A DNA stretch of 64,000 nucleotides, from contig JAHHRI010000001.1 in the NCBI GenBank assembly GCA_020025875.1, positions 9,979 through 73,978 on the forward strand. Reading direction: 5' to 3'. This document shows, piece by piece, positions 39,095 through 46,775 of this stretch. The DNA is from Alphaproteobacteria bacterium (GTDB lineage Bacteria > Pseudomonadota > Alphaproteobacteria > RF32 > CAG-239). A program made the position numbers and the translations under genes. The first letter of the stretch is position 1. Each line of letters opens with the position of its first letter. Below the pieces are notes generated by a model. The model was not told the DNA's origin. It did not search any database and saw only the letters and a program-made list of their open reading frames with translations.

Positions 39095-40006
39095 CTAATT
39101 TTCAACAACATGTGCGGCAGGGATACCGAAATTTCGAATTTTTGCCTGAGTAACCAGCGCTTCTTCATGATACTTGTATGGCCCTACCCGCACGCGATAA
39201 AACATCCGGCCGTTGACTTCGGCTTTCAAAATATGTGCCGCGCCAAAATCGGCAACTCTTGAAGCCAACCGATCGGCGGCATTATAATTGGCAAAAGCGC
39301 CGGCTTGCACATAATAACCGTCCGCCAAAAAAGTCTTGGCATCATCATCAAACCCATCGTTTGCGGATGACCTCAGCGGCTCAATGGCAGGGGCTGCCGC
39401 TAGCGGAGCCACATCTTCGCCGATTTCGCTTTTGATGACTCGTTTTGTCGGCGCGGCGGAAACCTCCGACGCCAAAGCCTTTCCCGTCAGTGCCGCTTTT
39501 AGGTTTTTACTTTCCTTTTCCAACACTTCCACGCGAACTTTTGCCGTCCCTTTTTCCAAAAAGCCAAGCAGTTGAGCCACTTTTTTAGAAACATCGACAA
39601 TCCGGTTACGGGCATAAGGCCCCCGATCGTTAACACGCACCACCAACGAGCGACCATTTTCAAGATTGGTGATTTTGACAATGGAAGGCAGGGGCAACGT
39701 TCGGTGGGCGGCGGTCAGACTGTGCATATTATACTTTTCGCCGTTAGCGGTGCGCTTGGCATGAAAATCCGGTCCGTACCACGAAGCAACGCCCACTTCC
39801 GAATAGGCATAATCTTCTTTCGGATAATACCAACGTCCGAGAATCTTATAAGGATTGCCCACTTTATAGACACCGCCCTGACTTCTAATGGCGGAAGCCT
39901 GTTTCTGCGGCGGATCGGTCACCTCCGGAGAAGCGGTTTCACAACCGCTGAGAAAAACACACATCCCCGCGCAAAAAGCGAATATCTTCAGCTTGCTCAC
40001 ATTCAT
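39095..40006 (-). CDS. rlpA: Septal ring lytic transglycosylase RlpA (DPBB plus SPOR domain), lipoprotein
   Basis: Lipobox LSGC, RlpA double-psi beta-barrel motif GVASWYGPDFHAKRTANGEKY…VRVNDRGPY, C-terminal SPOR-like domain. Confidence 0.8.
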   Translation of the reverse strand: MNVSKLKIFAFCAGMCVFLSGCETASPEVTDPPQKQASAIRSQGGVYKVGNPYKILGRWYYPKEDYAYSEVGVASWYGPDFHAKRTANGEKYNMHSLTAAHRTLPLPSIVKITNLENGRSLVVRVNDRGPYARNRIVDVSKKVAQLLGFLEKGTAKVRVEVLEKESKNLKAALTGKALASEVSAAPTKRVIKSEIGEDVAPLAAAPAIEPLRSSANDGFDDDAKTFLADGYYVQAGAFANYNAADRLASRVADFGAAHILKAEVNGRMFYRVRVGPYKYHEEALVTQAKIRNFGIPAAHVVEN

Positions 40007-40389
40007 TTTTGTTCCTCAATCAACATTGCGCCGCATTTTATACTATTTTTTTTCTCTCGTAAAGCAGATATTTTAAAACGCCGACAGAACATTTCGGAGC
40101 ATACGACAATGCCCATCAAGCAACAACTCGACACATGACTTTGACTGTAACCGTTTGTTCAAAACCCGTATAAAAGCACTCTTTGTCAGGCTTGACACAC
40201 AGGGCTTGCGCCCCAAAAGACGAACACGCTGCCCAATATGCTTTGCTGCCCGATATGCGCCGTTTTTTGTTTTTTCAACCATATCTCGAAACCCAAAAAG
40301 CCATTGGCAAAAATGTTTTTTAAATTGTAAAAAAAATATTGTTGACATTCTTCATGAAATGCAATAGAACAATCCCAGTTTACAACACT

Positions 40390-40463
40390 TGCCCCATCGT
40401 CTAACGGCAGGACAGCGCACTCTGACTGCGTTAATCGTGGTTCGAATCCATGTGGGGCAGCCA
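40390..40463 (+). tRNA. tRNA-Gln (anticodon CTG)
   Basis: Acceptor TGCCCCA/TGGGGCA, anticodon loop CTCTGAC (CTG), T-arm GGTTCGAATCC, discriminator G plus CCA. Confidence 0.8.
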
Positions 40464-40471
40464 ATTAATGT

Positions 40472-40508
40472 AAGGGTTGCTTTTTTAAAGCAACCCTTCT
40501 GTTTTTTA
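40472..40508 (+). terminator. Rho-independent terminator after tRNA-Gln
   Basis: 11-bp stem aagggttgctt / aagcaaccctt, loop tttta, then TTTTTT. Confidence 0.6.
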
Positions 40509-40516
40509 AACAAATT

Positions 40517-40594
40517 CTCCCCTGCCTTTTTCACGCTGTCCCATTTCCCTCTGCCTTTTTCTCCCCTGCCTTTTTTCACACTGTCCCATTTTCC
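40517..40594. repeat. CT-rich direct repeats: ~32-bp unit CTCCCCTGCCTTTTTCAC(G/A)CTGTCCCATTT(T)CC twice with a partial copy between
   Basis: Copies at 40517-40548 and 40561-40594 read directly; partial CTCTGCCTTTTT at 40549-40560. Confidence 0.6.
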
Positions 40595-40864
40595 CCCGCC
40601 TTTTCAGCCTTCCGACGTCTGTTTGTCCCGTCCTCCGCCCAGTTTTGCTCAATAATCCGTCCGGCTTGGCTTTCCGTTTATCGTTGCCGCAAAAGCTTTT
40701 TTCGCATACTTATATCTTGTTGCGAAAGCTCCGCCGTGCAGAAATATCCCAATTTGACAACAGACTGTCTGATATGTTTGATTTTGCTGTTGCGTAATCA
40801 AAAAATTATGCTAGCTTGAAAAAAATATGTTTGTTTTATCATTTTATTTCTAAACGGAGAGCTT

Positions 40865-42199
40865 ATGGCTAATTTTACGGTAATTGAATTATTGCTGTTT
40901 CAATCATTGCTGATTTTTTTGAACGCGGTTTTTGCCTGTGCGGAGATAGCGGTCATCTCGGTCAATGAAAACAAATTAAACAAATTGTCTGAAGAAGGGA
41001 ACAAAAAAGCAAAACGGCTATTATCACTGATGGAGCAGCCGGCTAAGTTTTTGGCAACCATTCAAGTCGGCATCACTCTGGCGGGTTTTCTCGGCAGCGC
41101 CTTTGCCGCCGACAATTTTTCCGACCGCATTGTCGATTGGCTGATTGCCGCCGGCGTCACCCTTTCTCCGGCTAAACTGGATGTTATGGCGGTAATCGGA
41201 ATCACGCTTATTTTATCCTATGTCACACTGATCTTGGGCGAGTTGGTACCCAAAAGAATCGCCATGCAAAATGCGGAAAAAATCGGTTTGGCCATGTCCG
41301 GTCCAATTTACGGCGTGGCAAAGATATTTGCTCCTTTGGTGTGGTTTTTGACAATCTCCACCAATATCGTGCTCAAGCTGCTGGGTATCAGCCCCGAAAA
41401 CCATGACGAAAGAGTGACTGAAGAAGAAATTCGCATTATGATTGATGCGGGCAGCAAAAGCGGCGCGATTGACGACACGGAAAAAGATCTGCTTCACAAT
41501 GTGTTTGAGTTTAACGACACTTTGGCAGAAGAAGTTATGACACACCGCACCGAAGTCACTTTTCTTAATGCCGATGACACACCGCAAAAATGGGAGCGGG
41601 AAATGATAGACACGCGCTATTCGGTTTATCCGGTATTTCGCGGCAGCAACGACAACGTGATCGGTTCTCTTAGCATCAAAGATTATTTCAAATTCAAAGA
41701 TCTGGACAAAGAAGATATTTTGCGGCAGGCATTAAAACCGGTGCAATTCATTCCCGAATCGGTGCATGTGAACGATTTGTTTCAAAGTATGCAAAAAAGC
41801 CGCAATCATTTTGTGGTGGTGGTTGACGAATATGGCGGTGTTGACGGCATTGTCACCATGAGCGACTTATTGGAAGAATTGGTCGGAGATCTGGAAGATG
41901 ATATGACGGCACCGCCAAGCTGCCCCGACATTGAACAAGTGGGACAAAAGGTGTGGCGGATCAAAGGAGCGGCAGCCATCGACGAGGTAATGAAATGTAT
42001 CGGAGTTTCGCTGCCAAACAACGAATGCGAAACTTTCGGCGGATTCGTGTTATCGCTGATGGGCAGCATTCCCGAAGACAAGAACAACATCAAACTGGAA
42101 TATGGCAACCTAAAGATAAAAGTTATCAGCGCCAAAGGACACAGAATTGAAGACACGCTGGTGCAAATGAACGATCGGCCAATGTCGACGAATATCTAA
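40865..42199 (+). CDS. corC: CorC/HlyC-family (DUF21-CBS pair-CorC_HlyC) magnesium/cobalt efflux-associated membrane protein
   Basis: N-terminal 4-TM DUF21, tandem CBS domains, C-terminal transporter-associated domain; 444 aa. Confidence 0.8.
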   Translation: MANFTVIELLLFQSLLIFLNAVFACAEIAVISVNENKLNKLSEEGNKKAKRLLSLMEQPAKFLATIQVGITLAGFLGSAFAADNFSDRIVDWLIAAGVTLSPAKLDVMAVIGITLILSYVTLILGELVPKRIAMQNAEKIGLAMSGPIYGVAKIFAPLVWFLTISTNIVLKLLGISPENHDERVTEEEIRIMIDAGSKSGAIDDTEKDLLHNVFEFNDTLAEEVMTHRTEVTFLNADDTPQKWEREMIDTRYSVYPVFRGSNDNVIGSLSIKDYFKFKDLDKEDILRQALKPVQFIPESVHVNDLFQSMQKSRNHFVVVVDEYGGVDGIVTMSDLLEELVGDLEDDMTAPPSCPDIEQVGQKVWRIKGAAAIDEVMKCIGVSLPNNECETFGGFVLSLMGSIPEDKNNIKLEYGNLKIKVISAKGHRIEDTLVQMNDRPMSTNI

Positions 42200-42220
42200 A
42201 AGCAGACAAGCCGCTCGTTA

Positions 42221-42248
42221 CGTTGGGCAAACATCGGTTTGCCCAACG
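42221..42248 (+). terminator. Perfect 12-bp stem hairpin (cgttgggcaaac / gtttgcccaacg) just after the corC stop; no clear U-tract
   Basis: Inverted repeat read directly; followed by gcaaaaaag. Confidence 0.35.
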
Positions 42249-42444
42249 GCAAAAAAGACGGCAAAACTTCGTCTGAGCGCAAAACAGAAACGGCACTTGC
42301 TTTAAACAACCGAAAACATCGACGCAAAGAGCTGTTTTTGACTCTGCGGCAGACAGCTTTTATTTTGACAAAACCTTGTTTTAGCAGAAAAGCTAAACAC
42401 TCACGCCTTAAAAGCACAAAAAACCTCATAAAAAAAGACAAATA

Positions 42445-42472
42445 TTGACAAAATGGGTATAATGTCTATAAT
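42445..42472 (+). promoter_or_regulatory. Near-consensus sigma70 promoter TTGACA-16-TATAAT upstream of the 42511 gene
   Basis: TTGACA 42445-42450, TATAAT 42467-42472; GGTATAAT also present inside the spacer. Confidence 0.5.
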
Positions 42473-42510
42473 GCTCTTATCGATCGCAAAAAACAAAGAA
42501 GAGGTGCCTC

Positions 42511-43818
42511 ATGACAAATACGGACAATCAGCAAGAATCGGATGAGCAACAATTTGTTCGCTTAACACGGCCAGTCGTGCTTGATAGTGCGCTGCTAAAA
42601 GCCGCAATGACAAAAGATATTCTGAGCAACAATCCCGAATATGTATCGGATATTGCACAAAGATACAACCTAGATCCTCAGCAAGATCAGGCTTCCATCG
42701 CCGACAAACTTTATGAAGAACAGATCGACACAATTACGGAAATCTGCATTGCCAACACGTTAGACGAAAACATAGTTGCCGCTTACGAACTTTTGCAGAA
42801 CGTTTGTTATTTCAGCCCCGAAGATATACACTATATGCAAATGACAGAAGGCGAGAATCTGCCCTCAAACGTTACCCAATATATTAACGAACGTTTAAGC
42901 GGCGTATCGGAGCTGATGCCTGTTGTCGATTTTACCAACACCGTTAATGAGGCCATTTTATATTCGACCAACGACTGCCCCGATTTTACTTTATACAAAG
43001 CCAATCAGCTGAAAGAAAAATTTGACGAATGCAACCTCAAGCTAACCAATGAAGAAAAAGGAAAACTAAGCTTTATTGCTTCCAAAATGTACCGCAAACT
43101 GAGCCAACAAAACGTTTTTATGCAAGACAACGGCAGAGCTGTTGATTTCCATGAAAAGGAATGTTTGCATAAGACGCTGTCGCTTACCAGCGACTATAAG
43201 CTTATCTCCCACTGCCAGAACAGACTGCAAGACGCAAAAGACGAACAGGATATTATTAGCGCTTACCAATACGCGCTGAGCAAAAAGCAAAGCCGAAACG
43301 ACTTATACAAAATCAATGTGGCCTTATCCTCTTTGTATATCGACAAAACGTAGACCATCGGCTTTTTTAATGACAGATCCGTTAAAAAAATCTCTGCCGA
43401 CAGAGCTAAAAAACATCTGCTGAACGCTTATCGTTATGCTCATAAAGAAGATCGACCGCCTCTGTTAAACAAGCTTGCCAAAATCCATATGACGTTAGGC
43501 GAGATTCAAGAGTGGAAAAATATCAAAGAAGTTTTGGCAATGAAATTTCAGAAAGGCGAGGATCGTTGCCATACTCTAAATTCGATTGCCGACAAAACCG
43601 GAGATTGCGACTTTTACCGCAAAGCCCTCGAAGAATGCAAGCGCGCTCGGATGCCACAGGCAGATAAAATTCATATACAGGAAACAACTTATGAAAAAAT
43701 GGCTTTGAAAACCAAAGACCCGACGGTTAAACAAGAGGCAGAACAGCAGCTGGCAGAGATAAGAATACAAAAACAACAAATCTTTCGGCAACTGCTGAAC
43801 ACACCAAAAGAGAAATAA
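42511..43818 (+). pseudogene. Large hypothetical protein gene interrupted by a single in-frame TAG (43351-43353); frame continues open for ~155 more codons to 43818
   Basis: ORFs 42511-43353 and 43489-43818 are in the same frame with no other stop between them; combined ~435 aa, no known domain. Confidence 0.45.
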
Positions 43819-43853
43819 CCAACGGCACTTGGAGCAAATTTTTTACAAACCAA

Positions 43854-43880
43854 TTAAAGCCCTGTTCAGCAGGGCTTTAA
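43854..43880. terminator. Hairpin terminator (perfect 9-11 bp stem aaagccctg / cagggcttt, loop ttcag) serving the convergent genes
   Basis: Read directly; T-rich flank on the minus-strand side (ttggtttgtaaaaaa). Confidence 0.55.
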
Positions 43881-43901
43881 TTGATGATATGAGCAGATAT
43901 T

Positions 43902-44057
43902 TTATTTATCTTTGCCGCATTGGCAATCTTTGCCACATTGGCAATCTTCGCCGCATTGGCAATCTTCACCACATTGACAATCTTCGCCGCATTGGCAATC
44001 TTCACCACATTGACAATCTTCGCCGCATTGGCAGTTTGGATTATTGCATTTTCCCAT
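43902..44057 (-). CDS. Small cysteine-rich tandem-hexapeptide-repeat protein, 51 aa: MGKCNNPN(CQCGED)5(CQCGKD)2K
   Basis: Minus strand: AGGAGG SD 7 nt upstream of ATG (44057-44055), ORF ends at TAA (43904-43902), 15 Cys; near-consensus promoter upstream and hairpin terminator downstream. Not in the six-frame track as such (the track shows only a plus-strand shadow ORF 43829-44098). Confidence 0.7.
   Translation of the reverse strand: MGKCNNPNCQCGEDCQCGEDCQCGEDCQCGEDCQCGEDCQCGKDCQCGKDK
43911..44036. repeat. 7 x 18-bp tandem repeat (plus strand TTCGCCGCATTGGCAATC / TTCACCACATTGACAATC variants) encoding the CQCGED hexapeptide on the minus strand
   Basis: Units read directly. Differences between E-type units (GGC/GGT, TGC/TGT x2) are all synonymous in the minus-strand frame; E->K differences are confined to the two 3'-proximal units. 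Confidence 0.85.
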
Positions 44058-44091
44058 TTTTTTCCTCCTGTAATATTAAGCTGACATTATC

Positions 44092-44120
44092 AATATAGTC
44101 TGTTGCCGACAGACTGTCAA
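44092..44120 (-). promoter_or_regulatory. Near-consensus sigma70 promoter (minus strand) TTGACA-17-TATATT; spacer contains the palindrome GTCTGTcggcaACAGAC
   Basis: On the minus strand: cgTTGACAgtctgtcggcaacagacTATATTgataatgtcagcttaatattacAGGAGGaaaaaaATG; -35 = plus 44115-44120, -10 = plus 44092-44097. Confidence 0.6.
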
Positions 44121-44261
44121 CGAGAGAGCTTTGCGCAAGCCGGTTTGCTTCCTTCATCACCCCCATCCTGCACTTTGCAAACTCGCCGTCTGAAACATCA
44201 GCCAACCGGCAACAGCCTCCTCTGCCGTCAATGCCAAAATTTCCAACCGACACAAAGCAAC

Positions 44262-44291
44262 ACATTTATAGCAAAAAAGCACTGCCAAAGC
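44262..44291. terminator. Bidirectional terminator (A-run, agcactgc-caaa-gcagtgct, T-run) downstream of the OMP gene
   Basis: Read directly. Confidence 0.6.
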
Positions 44292-44318
44292 AGTGCTTTT
44301 TCTTGGGAACAAATCCGA

Positions 44319-45095
44319 TCAGAACAATACTTTCGCGCTTACGCCGAGGGTGTAACTGTAGTCAACATAGTCGCTGCCGTTGCCCCCCAGATAATAGTCG
44401 CCGAAAACGCCGACGGCAATATTTTCTTTAACAAAGTAGTTGGCTTCCGCCTCTGCCCACCATGTATTGACATTGGTACCATCCAAAACGAAATCGTAAC
44501 GGATACCGGCATCTACAGAGTATTTGGCATCGGCTTTGTGGAAACCGTTAAACCACGAATAAGCCATCGGGCGGTCTGCATAGTCAATTCGGCTATTAGC
44601 AGTAAACGAAGTGTAAGGCATCCAGCCATTTTGCAATTCGTAGCCCAATTTAACGTTGGCACTCAATTCTTTGTACCATCTATCATCATTATAACGATGT
44701 CCATACCAACTATGCGGATCAAATGTGTAGTAGGAAGCACCGACCTGAGCCAGCCAGTTGCCACGCTGCATGTTGTATTTAGCACCGATCAAATAATCAA
44801 AGTTGTGATCGTTGTTATATTCCTGATTGGTAAGACCTTCAAAATCGAACTGGTTGCCGATTTCCGCAACAACGGAGAAGTTGTCCGTAACCCCATAAGT
44901 GATTTCTTCGGATGCGCGAAAATCTTCCGCGGCGGCAACATCATGTTTCAGCGAGGTGCGTGCATATTGCAAAGAAGTATTTGACAATACCTTCCCTGCC
45001 CCCGGCAAATACATCGGAGCAGTAATATCTTCCGCATTCGCAACACCGGCAAACATAACGGCAGCGGTTGCCAAAAGCATAGTTCTATAGTTCAT
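44319..45095 (-). CDS. Outer-membrane beta-barrel protein, Omp25/Omp31 (Hbp/Pap31)-family-like, 258 aa
   Basis: Signal peptide MNYRTMLLATAAVMFAGVANA, aromatic-rich amphipathic beta strands, C-terminal …GVSAKVLF ending in Phe; SD AAGGAG. Confidence 0.6.
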   Translation of the reverse strand: MNYRTMLLATAAVMFAGVANAEDITAPMYLPGAGKVLSNTSLQYARTSLKHDVAAAEDFRASEEITYGVTDNFSVVAEIGNQFDFEGLTNQEYNNDHNFDYLIGAKYNMQRGNWLAQVGASYYTFDPHSWYGHRYNDDRWYKELSANVKLGYELQNGWMPYTSFTANSRIDYADRPMAYSWFNGFHKADAKYSVDAGIRYDFVLDGTNVNTWWAEAEANYFVKENIAVGVFGDYYLGGNGSDYVDYSYTLGVSAKVLF

Positions 45096-45218
45096 GTGAA
45101 GTCTCCTTAGTTATTAAAACTTTTGTGAATAAAATATATCACAAAAATACTGTATCAGATAATTCGGAGATTTCAACAAATAAAAATCGCTCACTCTCAT
45201 TTTGTGACATACAAAATA

Positions 45219-45845
45219 TTATAAGGCTCTGGCAGACTTGCGAAAAGATTGATTTTGTTTGTTTTTCATAAATCGAAGCAAAGTCATGCGATCGACTTTC
45301 AACTCTCTGGCAATTTGCGCTTTGGGCATCTTTTGTTCAAGCATGGTGTTGATATGTTCTTCTAAACCGGTCAGTTTAAGCTTTTTGTTGCAACGTCCCG
45401 TGGGGCGGCCAAGTTTTTTCCCCTCGGACTTGATTCGGCTCAAAGCCTCTTTCGTGCGTTGCGAAATCAAATTGCGTTCTATTTCTGCCGACAACCCGAA
45501 AGCAAATGCCAACACTTTGGACTGAATATCGCTGCCTAACCGATAGTTGTCTTTAATCGTCCATACTTGAGCTTCCGCATTGAGGCAATAATGCAAAATG
45601 GTCATCACCTGCAACAGGTTACGTCCGAGACGCGATATTTCCGAAGCGATTAAAATATCATTTTTGGTAAGTTTTTTTAACAATTTACCAAGCTTGCGTT
45701 GGCGAAAGTCGGTGGCGCCGGAAATGGTTTCCTCAAACCAGCGATTGATGATAACCCCGTTTTTTTCGGCAAATTGCCCAATTTCAAAGCGTTGGTTTTC
45801 CGTTGTTTGTTTGTCAGTACTGACTCTAATGTATCCGTATATCAT
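45219..45845 (-). CDS. Small serine recombinase (resolvase/invertase family, Hin/Gin/Tn3-resolvase-like), 208 aa
   Basis: N-terminal catalytic motif YGYIRVSTDKQ (Ser nucleophile), resolvase core, C-terminal HTH. Confidence 0.8.
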   Translation of the reverse strand: MIYGYIRVSTDKQTTENQRFEIGQFAEKNGVIINRWFEETISGATDFRQRKLGKLLKKLTKNDILIASEISRLGRNLLQVMTILHYCLNAEAQVWTIKDNYRLGSDIQSKVLAFAFGLSAEIERNLISQRTKEALSRIKSEGKKLGRPTGRCNKKLKLTGLEEHINTMLEQKMPKAQIARELKVDRMTLLRFMKNKQNQSFRKSARAL

Positions 45846-46070
45846 GATATATCCTTATAAGTTTAACGGTTGGTTCTCGTTATAAATTATAATTATATGT
45901 ATGAACGTACGGCAAAATAAGGTGTATTAAACGCCGATGTTTATAGAATGAGGCAACCAAAATGACCGCAAAAAACGTGAGCTTACGGCCGATATCCTCT
46001 GTTTTTTACTTGATTTTAGCCCAAAAACTGTTTTGATAAACAAACGCAAAAAGCAACAACGGGGTTAACC

Positions 46071-46511
46071 ATGTGGGAAGAATACGCTTATATCAGCCTG
46101 TTTGCCATCAGCTTCGGAGCAGCAACCGTTTGCCCGATCAGCTCTGAGCTGGTTTTCATTTCAATGATCGGAACAAACTTCAACCCCATCCTCTGCATTT
46201 GGACGGCGGCCGCCGGAAACTGGCTGGGCGGCATGACAACCTACGGCATGGGCAGACTGGGAAAATCGGAATGGCTGACAAAATATTTTAAAATACCCTC
46301 CGCACAACTGGAAAAAATCAGCAATTTTGCAGCCGGACACGGTGCCGCCACCGCTTTTTTCGGTTTCCTCCCCGCAATCGGCGATGTTATCGTTTTTGTT
46401 TTAGGTCTGTTGAGGGCCAATTTGCCACTCACCGCGTGTTCTATGTTTGTCGGAAAGTTTTTGCGCTATTGCTTGCTGGCTTATGGCATTTTACAAGGTA
46501 TGGAGTGGTAA
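46071..46511 (+). CDS. YqaA/DedA-like small membrane protein
   Basis: 146 aa, 4 TM, DedA-type core motif (…G…Y…GR…). Confidence 0.5.
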   Translation: MWEEYAYISLFAISFGAATVCPISSELVFISMIGTNFNPILCIWTAAAGNWLGGMTTYGMGRLGKSEWLTKYFKIPSAQLEKISNFAAGHGAATAFFGFLPAIGDVIVFVLGLLRANLPLTACSMFVGKFLRYCLLAYGILQGMEW

Positions 46512-46583
46512 ACCGTTTGCCGATACCCTTTCTTGCAGCAACAGATTTGACATATTTTTCACCACAAAAATATTTTTCATCAT

Positions 46584-46615
46584 AAAAAAAGCACGTCCAT
46601 TTAACGTGCTTTTTC
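46584..46615. terminator. Bidirectional terminator (A-run, gcacgt…acgtgc hairpin, T-run)
   Basis: Lies between the convergent YqaA-like gene and tRNA-Ser. Confidence 0.6.
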
Positions 46616-46619
46616 AAAT

Positions 46620-46709
46620 TGGCGGAGAGAGCGAGATTCGAACTCGCGGAAGGCTTGCGCCTTCGACGGTTTTCAAGACCGTTGCAATCAACCGCTCTGC
46701 CATCTCTCC
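46620..46709 (-). tRNA. tRNA-Ser (anticodon TGA)
   Basis: Reverse complement GGAGAGATGGCAGAGCGGTTGATTGCAACGGTCTTGAAAACCGT…long variable arm…GAGTTCGAATCTCGCTCTCTCCGCCA; anticodon loop CTTGAAA. Confidence 0.8.
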
Positions 46710-46775
46710 AATAAGAACTGGTGTTGTTTTAGTTTGTACCCAAAACAACACCAAAGGTCAAGAGTTTTTTAAAAT

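Noticed and set aside
37939-39168. N-terminal 28-codon extension of dacC and the extended ORF-track starts of tmk (38033), ybeY (22977), pta (54437), tetR (58446), the secreted protein at 52075 and the lipoprotein at 63527
   Set aside because: Internal Met codons preceded by SD sequences, signal peptides, or overlap-coupled stop/start arrangements give more plausible starts. The extensions overlap upstream genes.
43829-44098. Plus-strand ORF (TTG start) encoding …IGNLRRIGNLHHIDNL… repeats
   Set aside because: It is the antisense shadow of the minus-strand Cys-repeat gene. It lacks an SD and uses a TTG start, and the nucleotide variation between repeat units is synonymous only in the minus-strand frame.
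44041-44265. Minus-strand 74-aa ORF upstream of the peptide gene
   Set aside because: It runs through the TTGACA-17-TATATT promoter and the SD of the peptide gene and ends inside it in another frame. No start signals. Likely spurious.
44103-44984. 293-aa plus-strand ORF
   Set aside because: Antisense to the Omp25-like OMP gene (which has a signal peptide, SD and C-terminal Phe), and it reads through the terminator and promoter elements. Shadow ORF.
45215-45861. 8-9 bp inverted repeat (TTATAAGG / CCTTATAA) flanking the serine recombinase gene as a candidate inversion site pair
   Set aside because: One copy is the recombinase SD region (AAGGA) and the other overlaps its stop codon. It is too short and is explained by ordinary gene signals.
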